From positions 17,546,001-17,610,000 of the forward strand of contig CM022678.1 of NCBI GenBank assembly GCA_012295275.1: a stretch of 64,000 nt of DNA, written 5' to 3'. Positions 24,481-37,632 of this stretch are shown here, piece after piece (position 1 is the stretch's first letter; each line of letters starts with the position of its first letter). The translations under genes were made by a program, and so were the position numbers. The notes under the pieces are model-generated. The model saw only the letters and a list, made by a program, of their open reading frames with translations. It was not told where the DNA came from and did no database searches. Source of the stretch: Chrysomallon squamiferum. Its lineage: Eukaryota > Animalia > Mollusca.

Positions 24481-25427
24481 TGATACATGTGATGTTTTTG
24501 TCAAGTGGCTCTGTCCTTTAAAGTCAGGTTTTGTCTGTCTCTGGAAAGAAGATGGTAATGTAATTTCGATAATGAACAACATTTTATCTAATTTTCATGA
24601 CCACATAATAAATAAATTAATAAATAAATAAAAATTAATATAGAAATGACAATATTTCAGAATCTGTTGTTAAGGAAAAATTTGCATTCCCTCAGAAAGA
24701 GGATGATTTATTAACTACAAAGAATATTTTAATTTTAATTTCTTATCTACATAATAGTTTTGTTGGTTTTTTGAAAATATTTCTGATGTGGATGATGAAA
24801 TATCATTGTGTTACTTACAGTAATGTAATATCCGGCTGTCACAGCAATTTGACATCTGCATTGACACAGCATCTTGTTGTTTGTTGTCTTTTTCCTCTCA
24901 TGGGAATGTTTATGAAGTTTCTCCTTCAAATCTGGAACCATTTTTTCAGATTCAACGTTCTGCTGATTTGTTCTGAATGACAGCATGTTTCACTGTTCTG
25001 GTGTAATAGCAGTTTTCAAATATAAATTTAAAAATCTTAATAAATTATATGATGACAGAGTAATTCAAATCATCAAAAATAATAATAATAATAAATGTAA
25101 AAATAAACAACAGCAAAGATATATGAAGATACAAATAAAGAATAAATAAATAAATAAATAAATAAATAAACATAGCTATATAAATAAATGATAAAAGAAA
25201 TAAATAGAAAATCTGAAGAAACAAACAAACAAAAACAAAAAAAAATAATAAAAAACTGAAATATAAATAAATAAATAATAAAGAAGTAAATCAAATACTT
25301 ATTAAATAGCCATGTTAATATGTAACTGAGTAACTTAAGTCAAAAATTATATATCACAACTAGCAAAGCCTCAGTTTCATCAAGGACTTTCCTGAATCTT
25401 TCATCTAAAATTGCAAGTGGATCTGCA

Positions 25428-25461
<34 letters not shown>

Positions 25462-25619
25462 GTTAATAATAGTAACAACAACAACAACAATAATAATAAT
25501 TATAGGGTAAGAAATAATTTTATAATTTATTTGTTGTTGTTGTTGTTGTTGTTATTATTATTATTATATTTATTATATCAAATGCTAAATCTTATATGAC
25601 GTTAGATCTGAATTTCCCA

Positions 25620-25652
<33 letters not shown>

Positions 25653-25981
25653 CAAAAGTTTACAGTTTAATAATAACATTTTCTGTATTTACACATTTTC
25701 TTTTATTTGATTTTATTAATGACAATTATGACTGATTATTTCAAAAAGAGATATAATAATTGTTTTCTTAATTTAAATTAAAATAAAACAAAAATCGAGT
25801 GATTTTATCATATTAATTAAAGATAGGTAATAATTAAGCAACAAAAATATTATATTTCTTTTTGGATGTTACCTGATTTTTTTCTTCAGGATACTTGACT
25901 GATAATTTTGAAACTTCCGTTGTTGCTATGGTGAAGTTAGTAATCCCGCAGAGAATGGAAAGAAATTATTTCATTGTATGC

Positions 25982-26061
<80 letters not shown>

Positions 26062-26474
26062 AGTAAGAAATTATTTTATTTATTTATTTATATATATATT
26101 TATTTATTATTATTATTACTGAAAAGGTGCCAGCATGGTATGACGTCAGTTCCGAATTTCCCGCCTATAAAAATTGTTAACTGTTTAACAAAAACATGTC
26201 TATTTTGTAGAAATTTTGTTTTATTTGATTTTATTACCGACAAATCATTTATTTTGTTTAATACTTCCAATTTTGCCTCCAGATTTTCTAGTGCCTGAAG
26301 TGTACACAATGTAACATTATGATTATTTCAAAAGAGTTACAATAATTGTTTTCTAAATTTAAATTTAAAAAAATGAATCATTAAATAAATAAGTGAGATT
26401 TGGTCATATTAATTAATTTAAATAATAATTAACAAGAACATTTTTTTAAATTTCTTTTTAGACGTTACCTGCAT

Positions 26475-26513
<39 letters not shown>

Positions 26514-26600
26514 CTTGGGATCCTTCCTGAAAAAGTTTTGAAAATGTCGTTGTTCCTAAGGTAAAGTGAACATTCCCGCACAAAACGGAAAGAAATTATT
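24480..26600 (-). ncRNA. Candidate spliced non-coding or short-ORF transcript running into the satellite
   Basis: Chain of minus-strand splice sites: donors CAG|GTAAC at 26469 and 25873; candidate exons 25980-25873, 25422-25299 and 24972-24819 (cattcag| ... ACT|GTAAGT); acceptor tctttccag| at 24540 entering the satellite. No long ORF. Confidence 0.35.
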
Positions 26601-26611
26601 TCATTGGAAGC

Positions 26612-26678
<67 letters not shown>

Positions 26679-26785
26679 AAATAAAATTCAGCCTACAAAA
26701 AAAAAAAAAAAAATGTAAAATTTGTTGCTAAGGTAGAATTTACATTCCTGCAGAAAACGGAATGCAATTACGTCATTGGATAAAT
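25733..26785. repeat. Diverged local direct duplication (25733-25985 vs 26322-26612, partial third copy 26720-26780)
   Basis: Shared colinear blocks: gattatt..caaaagag..aataattgttt, gttacctg, gttgttgcta.ggt, cccgca....ggaaagaaattatttcattg. Confidence 0.85.
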
Positions 26786-27006
26786 AAATAAATAAATACA
26801 AATATAGAAACTCTCTTTCTAACGGATCGGAAAGTTTTGAGCAGGTTAATATTTTGTTTTCTTGTTGTTTGTTTGATTTTTCGTTTTTGCTAGTGCTACA
26901 GAAGATGTGCCGGTTACGGTAACTTTACCATTTTCGCGCCCATTCATTTTATCATTTGCGCAACGTTTATTCTTAATTTGTGCATTTGATCTTTCCTCTT
27001 TATCTT

Positions 27007-27068
<62 letters not shown>

Positions 27069-28839
27069 TCCTTTTGTTCGTTTCCTTCGATCTATTCCGC
27101 ACGTAATTATCCTAATGTAGAATTAATTACAATGTCGATCGGAAATAATATGTTTACCGCGAAGCATTTGACCTTGAAGCATTAGTAATCTCGAATGAAG
27201 AACGCTATTCTAGTTTCTTGACGAAGAAAAACGATCGTTACCTGAACCAAAAAATATTGTATACATTTTTAATCTTCTTGATCCTAATATTATGATTGAT
27301 TTTAATCACTAAAAAGAAGAAAAATGCAATATTTAGAGCATTAACAGAAGACCGGAAATCGGAATGAAGTTTAGAGTTAAGTACCTTTTGTTTTCGTAAC
27401 CCCATTCACAGAATTTTTTTTTTTAATAGTTTTCTTTCTTCATTTCATTAGTGATTTAACTTGAAGATTTCATGTATTAATACTGTTTTTGGATCTGATT
27501 GACACTCATGTAAATTATACATTGGTATTTTGGTTTGGAATGAATTACCAACTAAAATTAAGTGTTTTACAAGCAAATTTCTTTGTTAAAAAGGAATAAA
27601 ACAGTTTTTATTTAACTGTAGTAATTTTTGACCTGGTGTTTATAAGCTTGTAGCAGTTTCTGAGCCAGACTTAACCTTTGTAACACTGGTCAGATCTGGA
27701 AGCAAATCTTACAAGAATCAGCAATCTTCTGGACTCTTAAGCAGTATCAGTTCAGATATTTGAGAATTATTGTTTAGAAGTAAACTTTACAGTCAAGCAT
27801 AGATTTTCTCAGGAGAAATTAAAATAAAAATGTTATTTAATTAAATTTTTTTTCAGTTTAAAAAATTATATGTGTACATTATGTTTTTTGTCATGGCAGC
27901 ATATGATCTGCATTGAATCAACATTATTGGATCAAAATGAAAATTAACTTAGAAATTTGAAAGAATTCCATATACACAGACAGCTAGGAAACTTACAGTT
28001 TATGGTTGGATATTTATAATGAAATCCTTAGCATAACTGTTATGTTTTCACTATTTTTCTGACTTTTTTTTTTTTTTTTTTTTTTTTTACAAGTAAATAA
28101 CCTCAAAAAAGATCACTGTGACTATATTCCAGTGCAAATGTGTGATCAAGTCAAAACATGAAGTACAGTCACAATTACATACAACAGATTAAAAACAAGT
28201 GAAATTATAAAATAATTAAAGAAATCAAGCAATATAAAATTAAATGTTTATGAAATGTGTATATGTGTTGATCCTCTGTAGAAATGTTTAGAAGTAAGGA
28301 TGATGTTGATTTTACTGGATAGTCTGAGAAATTTAGAAGAACAAAAAGTACAGCTGAAGATGAAGTTAAAAAACAGATCTGCAGAAAATTAATTTCAAAA
28401 TGAATGTTTTAAAATCAGCAGGCTAAACTAGATTTGTGCAAAAAAAAATAATACACAAAGTTTTACTATACAAGACTGTATAATAAAATTAATTTACTGA
28501 ACCTCGCGTGTTAATTTTATTTGTTTTATAAAGTCTGGTGACAGGTTGCTAACATGGTGGTGGTCAAGTGGTCATTATGTCAAATCCAAAACAGGTCAGT
28601 TTTAAAAAGTTATAGGTCAACACCAGAAAATATAGAAATGTATCTAGCATCATGTTTTGCCACTACTAACATAAAACACACACACACACACACAAGTAGA
28701 GAGAGACAGGTGCAAATGTACAAACGATAAAAAGAGGTACGAAAAATGTGCATTTCGTCATATTACATTAAATAAATATTTAGAACAAAACTTCAAACAG
28801 ACTTCATATATTTACTTATGACACAACTAAAGGGTATGT

Positions 28840-29035
28840 TCCCAAAACTGGCAGTCTCCAGATTATGTAATGGGTGAGGTGTTATAATCCGCTTCCAGAA
28901 ACGGGGAAAACTAGCGTGAGCAATTAAGGCCAATTTAGAGGCATGAAGAACAGAGGGGGCGATTAACAAGATTAACTTTAATGAGCAGAGGTGAGCCTGA
29001 ATAGAGATTGCATGAAAATTAAGACGAGAGGAAGA
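28840..29035 (-). mobile_element. Possible non-LTR retrotransposon 3' fragment (C-terminal Cys/His knuckle region)
   Basis: Across a frameshift the minus strand reads SRLNFHAISIQAHL..KVNLVNRPLCSSCL....THYII, resembling the RLR..L..HL..CxxC..H pattern at LINE ORF2 C-termini. Confidence 0.35.
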
Positions 29036-29958
29036 AGTTGTTGACCGGGTATGGAGACGCAGCATCACAGGACACAACTTCCAAGCTCCGTATGTTTGAG
29101 GGCATCACATCCAGCTTGTACAGACAGACAGCGAAAAATGTCCCCAAATCAAGGAAGTCCCGCCGCACCGACGAAGACGAGCACAGGTTCTTCCAGCTGG
29201 GACTGGAGTACGTCACGTGTACCCGGGACACGGCTTCCTACTTGTCAGCTTGCGGTGGAGTGTTTTCTGGAACATTTCTTGTGTAGAGTGTGACTGATTG
29301 TCCTACAAATCGTGGACAAAATACAGTTTAACAAAAGTACATCAGCTAAGGTGATGGGCCATCAATGAAGGTGACGGAACACCAATCAGTAAGGGTGAGA
29401 AATAAAATGGCAGAAATGGAACAACTGGCGTGTCCAATTAAGATGTGTTATAATCTCACTGCCAGATTCGGGAATGCCAGAATCGGGAATAAACCAACTA
29501 AAGACACAGGGTTTTTTTTAAATCCGATTTATTCAAAATATCTTCGTCGTAATTTTTATTATTATTATTTTTTTTTATATCTTATATAAATTACCGACAC
29601 CTGTTTTGGAAATAATCCAACAAAACATAAACATTCAAATTGTAACAATTCGGCAGTATTCCTCTGTTTCGTATGAACATTCGACATTATTCGGTATTCT
29701 TCGATAATTATCGTTTTTCTTTACTTTTGTCAATATTCCTTTAAAAACCGACATCAGAGGTTTTGCAGAATTAGTCTTGGTTAATAATTTTATTTCTTTC
29801 TTTCTCTTTTCATTCTCCCCACAGCCCTACATCACGGCCACACTTAAATTTCCTATCGCAAAAACGTCACCAGAAATCGTACACTTCACACGAAATAACA
29901 TCGACTGTTTCCGTAACGTACGGAAAATTACGGATTGTGAACCCAGTTACTTAGGGCA

Positions 29959-30264
29959 TCAGTACAAATCGTTAAACATTTTCATTGTCCGTAACACTGA
30001 CCCTACACTGGAAACTTTTGGCGACTGTTGAAGAATCTGAAAAAAAAAAAAAAAAAATCATTAAAATAAATAATTAATTAATTAATTATCATGTATTTAA
30101 AATCATGATTCTTAATTTATGAAGAAATGGGGGACGGGGGAATTATACTGAAATTATGAATAGGACGCAGTAAAAGAACTTTTAACCAGATATAAACCCA
30201 AAGTAAGATGTAAAATTGTTACCGTATAATACACAGACACACAAACATACAAACTACTGCTAAA

Positions 30265-30302
<38 letters not shown>

Positions 30303-30579
30303 AAGCAGTGGTGTATCTGCATTGTTGAGGTTTGAAGTGTTCGGGGCTCTTTGCAAGCAGTAATGAGGTCTACGTAACCACCGTGTTCGTCTTCACTCGG
30401 CTTGTTCCGTGACAGATCGGTACAAACCTTTTAAACATTTAACCAGAACTTCTCAGAGTTTGATTAAAATTTGAACCAGTGTGCACTAAAATCGCTTCTG
30501 GGAACCCTCCTGGATTAGACACGCTTAAGTTTAAGCTTAATTAGTTTCACAATAGATCACCTCCTCAGTACAACTAAAG

Positions 30580-30612
<33 letters not shown>

Positions 30613-31606
30613 ATATAGACATACACACACACTACATATACATATACATATGTACATGCACATTTATAGATAAAAACACACACATGTACACACCCTCAAA
30701 CACTCGTAAATGCACTTCCTATATTAATAATCGTGTACGTGTTCATGCGCGTGTAATATGATTTTAAATGTGTTGTATGGTTAGTATCCTGCATGACAAT
30801 GCAAACAATATACATTTAATTCTTATTTAATATTAGCAGTGGCTTTTGTTGGTGATGATGGTGTAGCAGTGGTAGTTGTATTAGTAATAGCAGTAGTAGT
30901 AGTAGTAATAGTAGTAATTAAATAAGTCGTGGTAGTAGTTTTGGCAGCAGTAGTAGTAGATATAGTAGCAGCAGCAGTAGTGATTGCAGTTGTAGTAAAT
31001 ACGTTGATGCAGTTTTAGCAGTGGTAATTGTAGTAGTAATATCTGTAGTAGTGGTAGCAGTAGTGATGGTAGAAGTACAAAATAAGTTGATGTGATAGTT
31101 GTTGATATCGTAGTAATATATGTAGTAGCAGCTGTGGTAGTAGTAGTAGTAGTGGTAGTGAATAACGACGTCATCACCTACATATGTCAACGTATTATCT
31201 AATAGTTATCCGTTATTAATTTTCATTCATTTCGGTGATCCGTCATTTAATCCCCCATGTCACATTTATCCGGGACTATTCTTTACGTATTTATTTTACA
31301 ACTGGTGGTACTTGCCGGTTTTTCCTCCTTTTTTGGGGGCGGCACCATTTTTTGCACCGTTTGTATTTTTTTCACACTTCGCTTAAATTTTTCTTTTCCT
31401 CTACTCCAGGGTGGTTCGTATTCCTTGTAGCTATTATAATCCTTAAATTTGTATTCCAATTTGCCTTTATATTCAACGGACTTTTTTGTCGGTTCAGTAA
31501 CTTTTGTGTAGGGAACAAATTTGCTGGGTTGTTTTATTTTATACCCGGTACTTTTTGGTTCATAAAAAGTGACCTTGTCATAATTTCGGATTTTGTAATC
31601 CACCAT
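29959..31606 (-). CDS. Uncharacterised Lys/Tyr/Pro-rich protein, paralog 1 (about 122 aa if spliced, 107 aa if unspliced)
   Basis: Non-coding first exon ends at 32821 (AAG|GTGAGT); acceptor at 31646; ATG at 31606, MVDYKIRNYDKV...YKFKDYNSYKEYEPPWSRG. Probable GC donor CCG|GCAAGT at 31316 joins last exon 30036-29959 (ILQQSPKV...FNDLY*). Clearly similar to paralog 2. Confidence 0.7.
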
Positions 31607-31876
31607 TTCAGTAACGTATTTTTGGTTTCTTTGTTTAGAAATGCACCTGAAATGTTATAAATAAAACAATATAAAATCATTTTAAAAATTTTCATGGAAG
31701 TAATTTGTTGAGAAACATGAAAATATAATTATTTCCTAGTAAAATAAATAAATAAATAACAACAACAATAATAAGGCGAAGAATTATGGTTCCTATTTTT
31801 CCTTTTAATTTTTTAAATTTTTAATTTTTTTAATTTTAGTAGTAGTAGTAGTGGTAGTGGTAGTGGTAGTGGTAGT

Positions 31877-31907
<31 letters not shown>

Positions 31908-32512
31908 CCAAACTCGAGTTAACAAATTTTAAGCAGATAAGTAAACAGGTATATTTGTATAAAAAGCAGCTTTGCTAGCAATTATACCACCAAGGACATC
32001 TCAAGGCGGTGGTAAGTAAATACTACAACAACGTAGAATACCACGTCAGTAGGGATAGGAGATGACGTTACGATTAAAAAAAAAGAAATAAAAAAATAAT
32101 AAAAAATAAGAGACTGCCTTCATACTTTATTATGTGGACTTATTTTTAGCAATAACTTTATGTTATTTTTAATTATTTTTCATTTTTCATTTTATTTTTA
32201 TTTTATTATTATTATTTTATTTATTTATTTATTTATTATTATTATTTTTTTTAATAAAAGTTTTTTTTTATTATTTATTTTATTATTTTTTACTATTATT
32301 TATTTATTAATTTATTATTATTTTTTTTTTTTTAAATAATATTTATTCTTTTTAATTTATTTATTTTTCCTTTTTTATTATTATTTATTTATTTTGTTAT
32401 GTCTGTTAAATAAACAGTTTTATGCAACCTCTCAAGTAATGAAAATTTATTATTATGTAGGTAAAATAAAACAAGAAATCACCGTTATCATCATCATCTT
32501 TATCATATTACC

Positions 32513-32553
<41 letters not shown>

Positions 32554-33319
32554 CATTGTGATTGTTGTTGTTGTTGTCCATTCATCCATACGTCACACCT
32601 ACACACAAACATACTTATACACACATAAATACATACATACATACATACAGAGAGAGAGAGAGAGAGATACACATACATAACACATACATACACAGACAAC
32701 ACATAAGTACATTCATACGGACATATATGCATGCTTACATACGTAAGAATGCAGACACACACACATGCAAACAAAATAAAATATTCTTAAGCAATTAGTT
32801 TATAAACACAAACAACTCACCTTCAACGTCACTGATTTATCTCTTTTTCATGAACTACGTACATGAAAACACGACAATACCCTTAAACAGCAACATGACT
32901 CTGTATTTAAATAAATATTCACTGTTTCTTTTTCACCTTTGTATAGAAATAGCAAGCGCTTACAAAACGAAAAAAGTAACAAAACTTCTATACAACCCTC
33001 TCTTTGAATTATGGGTCGTTCGTGTCACGCGGCTAATATCGGTATTTCAAGTGACCGCCATTATCACGAACGTGCACCCCTTAGCGACAAGTGGCGTGTT
33101 TCTTAGTTACGGTTCAATAAACACCACCTGTTCTCCTGTATCGATCTACGCAGTGTTTGATTTATGAATTAACGGCTGTTTGAGGAGCATGGCTAGGCCA
33201 GTGATATATCAAAACTTGAAACACAATGATCTTTACAGTATAATAGCGTTCCGAGATTGTTGTTGACCTCAAAAAAAAAAAAAACGTGCGTCTGCTGTTG
33301 TTAAAAATAAACACGGTCG

Positions 33320-33500
33320 TGATTTATTTTGAATGTGTAGCTATAATTGAGACGTCGTTTGGTTTGTTTTTAATGTAGCTATTACTAAGACGTCATTTTA
33401 TTTGTTTTTATTGTTGCTATTACTAAGACGAAATTTGATTTGTTTTTAAGGTAGTTAATACTAGATCGTTGTTTCATTTGTTTATAGCTATTATTAACCC
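33320..33500. repeat. Short degenerate tandem repeat of about 38 bp
   Basis: tttgtttttaatgtagctattactaagacgtc-like unit, 4-5 copies. Confidence 0.7.
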
Positions 33501-33619
33501 GTCAGTTATTGGGAACAAAATTATTTCAAGTTGAAGAAAACAGAATGTTATATGTTCTGAGCTCACGTTATGAGATTTTGTTTTGATATGTTCTTTTCTT
33601 TTCCTTTTTTTTATTTATT

Positions 33620-33684
<65 letters not shown>

Positions 33685-33946
33685 GGAATTCTGTTTTCGA
33701 ATATTATTTGTAATTCAATATTAAATAATAAGTACGAATATAAAATACATTTATATTTTGATAAAAGAAATAATATTTATATCAAAAAGAAACAATAAAA
33801 CATTATCTGTTACAAATCACATATAATTATCAGTTAAAACACACCTCATTTCTGTCTACAAATAAATCAAATATCCTCAGAATATTTTCAGTTATTTTCA
33901 TTATACTCAGCACACTAATTATTAACATCAAAGTTCTGCTACCGTT

Positions 33947-34315
33947 GTGGCAGTCCTCCTTCAGTGGCAGTCTTCGCTTTCCAGTAACATGGATCCTCCG
34001 ATAAACATTACTGACTCTGAACCGGAAAATGGATTTTCCGATAAAAAACTCATTTCGAATGTTAATGACTCCGAATGCTGTGACAGAACAGTCAGGATAG
34101 TGATTTCAGAACAAATTACTGTCATAATTTTTCTAAAGCCAAAGCCACTTAGAATAATAAACAAATATATTTCTCGTCTTATATGTATCGTTTTTTATTT
34201 TGTTTTTATTTAATAATTTAATGTGTAAAGCAAGAAAGAACATGATAACTTTTTTGAATGCTTATATACAAATATATACGTTATTTATTATTATTTATTA
34301 TTATCATTATTATTA

Positions 34316-34350
<35 letters not shown>

Positions 34351-34962
34351 GATTTGATTGTCTTAAGACATTTTGTATATTCTTAACGACTGCCTTATTT
34401 TTTTAACTTTTGCACTGAACAGATTTTAGAACATAAATACGACAGTAATACGTCATCTGCAGCGATCTTGTGTAGAATGACGATGCTTCCTTTGTCTCCT
34501 CTAGAAAAAAAACGTCATCAGATTCGTCACATAAACTGAATTAGTGAGTTTGTAAGTCCGTTGTGGCAGTCCTCCTATCTGGTGTTTATAAAATAATTTC
34601 CAAGAGCAATGTGGCAGTCCTCTTATTAGGTGTTACTGAAAGTTTATAATAAAATAATTTCCAAGAGCCAGAGCAACGAAAATCCAAACTTGTGATTCAG
34701 TAAACGTCCTTCCTTTGTGGCAGTCCTCCTGTGAGGTCGTGTTGTAATTTCATTACACATTGCAAAACAAAGAACCAAATTTGTGAATCTGGAATATTCG
34801 TTGTGGCAGTCTTGGAACCAAATTTGCAATTTCAATAAACAAGCCTTGTGGCAGTCCTCCTAGCAATAATTAAAGTTTGATGGTAACATAATTTCCATAT
34901 TGCAACAGCAAAGAAAAACCCAAATGATTTAATTCCATTATATTCACTGTGGCAGACCTCCT
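33947..34962. promoter_or_regulatory. Cluster of the dispersed 14-bp motif GTGGCAGTCCTCCT (8 copies, same orientation); regulatory role unproven
   Basis: Copies at 33947, 33964 (partial), 34563, 34611, 34717, 34803 (partial), 34848 and 34949, separated by largely unique sequence. Confidence 0.5.
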
Positions 34963-35239
34963 CACTTTTCTTGGTTACACACAAGGAATTTCCGAAATCA
35001 AAAATTCACCAAGCTCAGTTTCCTTTTCTCTTATTAAGTCTTAAAAGAATTTCCGACTTCAAAACTGAAAACTACATGATCTAGTATTTCTCTTAATAGT
35101 TCTTTATAACAAGTATATCTGTTTATCATTAATAGTTGTTTATAAGAAGTATATCTGTTTATCATTATGGACGCTGATGAAATTTCCACGTAAGTTATCA
35201 TCTTTTCATCAGTCTGAACGAACTTTTAGTCTTATGAGT

Positions 35240-36067
35240 CTAAAAGTCGAGAGGGTCGAATGGATTTCTTGGCTCTCTCTTTTTTCCCGTTCCACCTTTC
35301 GTTAGTGGCGTGTAGACCGGTTTATACAGCTGAGGATTTAAAAAAGAACAATAATTTGCTTGTTTCCCGATGTTCTGGTCAGTTTTGTTTATTTAGTAAC
35401 TTTCCTGTTAGTTCTACACGTTAAATTAGCAAAAAGTAAAATTAGCAGAAGCAGGTTCTTCAAATAACGACATCGTTTTTGTTCACGACGAAATCCGAAT
35501 GTTAGTTAACGTTGAAATAAATGAAGTAAAAGGATACAAACATATCAATGAAAGTAGTGTTATATTATTATTATCTACCGTCATGCAGTATTATTATCTG
35601 TAATATCCTCTCTGTTCTTCTGTATTAGTTTGTTATTTTTTTTCTCTCTGTTTTACTGCTATTGTTTATTCGTGTTTCGAGAGGGTTTGTTGAATATATT
35701 GTTTTGTTTTAGGTTGTTGTTATTTTTTTTTTTATTATTTTTTTTTTAATATGTTATTGTTTGTAAGGTTTTATTGAGTGTTTTTTTCTTTTACAAACTG
35801 CTTTACATATTCTGTAGGTTAAGTCTTTATTACATATTCTCTATGTAAAGGCTGTATTATATATTCGGATTATATACTTGGTTTTATTAAAACAACTACT
35901 GATACTTGTATTACTATTACTACTACTGCTGCAACTAATGCTGCTTATTCTACGTCTACTATTACAACTACAAAAACTACTACTACAAACTTGCTAGTAT
36001 TAAAACAATACACGTAATAAGATTACCACTACTGTTATTATTACTACTACCAGCCACAACAAACAAA

Positions 36068-36119
<52 letters not shown>

Positions 36120-36963
36120 GTTAAGAAATAAATTAACAAATAAAAAATACACAAACAAAACACAAACAAATGAAATAAATAAACAAAGAAATAAACAAAA
36201 CACAAAACACAAACAAAATAAATAAAATAAATAAATAAATACATAAATACATAAACACATAAATAAATAAATTAACAAGCAAACAAACAGAACACACACG
36301 AACGAAACAAACACAGAAAATAAATATATATAAAATATTTACGGGTACATCGGGTGACGGCGGTGGTACATCGTTGATGAAAACTTGGGCTTGTGTTTCT
36401 GTTCGTCTCGACTCGTAATCAATCGGCGGGTACATCACTTCCGTAGCCTCGTCTTCAGCTGGTCTGGGCGGGGTCATTTGGATGCTCTCATCCTTGAATC
36501 TCTTTTCAGGGACTTCAGGTTGAATTCTCTGAACTGGTGGGGGCGGTGGGGGTGGGGGCGGCTTCGGTTTAGGTTTAACCTCCTTGTTTTTCTCTATTTT
36601 CGGTTCCTGTTTCGGTTTCGGTTCCTGTTTCGGTTTCGGTTTCGGTTCGGTTTTCACAGGCGTCTTCGGCTGTCTGGGGATTTCTTTCGGTTTCTTAGGT
36701 AACAGCCTCGCCACCGCCCTCATTTTCTTCTTTCGTATCTCCCCCCTTTCCCAAGGCGGGACATATTCTTTATATCGATAGTCTTTAACTTTGTACTCTT
36801 GGATTTTGTAATTGGGAATTTTGCTTTTGCCCATGTCCGGAAGTTTATATGGCTGTGGTTTTCTAGCTTCCGGTAGCTTATATTCTTGAATTTTAGGATT
36901 ATAACTTTGAACCTTGTCGTAATTGTGTACTTTGTACTCCATTTTTTTAAGTCTCTCTCCCAT
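35240..36963 (-). CDS. Uncharacterised Lys/Tyr/Pro-rich protein, paralog 2 (about 236 aa)
   Basis: Non-coding first exon ends at 37794 (CGG|GTGAGT); acceptor at 36978; ATG at 36963, MGERLKKMEYKVHNYDKV...YKVKDYRYKEYVPPWERG, then a PKPKQE/poly-Pro region. Donor CCC|GTAAAT at 36343; last exon 35329-35240 (LYKPVYTP...RNPFDPLDF*). Confidence 0.8.
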
Positions 36964-37590
36964 ATTGCACAATGAGTCCTGAAAGAATGAAATAAAAAAA
37001 TAATAATAATAATAAAAAAAAAAAAAAATTATTAAATGTTAAATAAATCGTAAAATAAAAACACAATGGGGAATAATTAAATACATTTGGAAAAAAATAT
37101 ACGTTTACAAGTCAAAATTACGTTGTCATTAATAATAAATAGTAGTAGTAGTTATTATTACTACTACTAACTACTACTACAATATTATTACTATTATTAT
37201 TATTATTATCATCATCATCATCATCATCATCATTATATGTCAGGAGAAAAATAAAAAAATTCTATTACTTTTAGTTTCTGTTAAATTTTATTAAAATTTG
37301 CAGCCTTAAAATAATTTTAAAAATAAAATAATTTTTTTTTTCTTATAACGATAAATTTAATCCTGAAACTATGTATAATAATAATAAGAATAATAAGAAT
37401 AATAATAAGAATAATAATAAGAATAAGAAGAAGAAGAAGAAGAAGAATATGATTATAATAATAGTATTAATAATTATTACAGAATTGGTGATAATAGTAA
37501 CCATAATGATCGTAAGCAAGATATTACTACTGCCAGTAATAGTAACAATAATCATAATGATGATAATAATAATAATACCCAATGGTGGTG

Positions 37591-37632
<42 letters not shown>

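Noticed and set aside
28295-28365. Possible C/D-box snoRNA (ATGATG...CTGA...CTGA)
   Set aside because: The C box is imperfect, and I could not verify a terminal stem or an rRNA-complementary guide.
30306-30570. Possible MITE starting cagtggtgtatc in the paralog 1 intron
   Set aside because: No convincing matching right TIR or target-site duplication was found.
33947-34962. CRISPR-like appearance of repeats with unique spacers
   Set aside because: The repeat is only 14 bp, spacing is irregular, no cas genes are present and the context is eukaryotic. Kept as a motif cluster instead.
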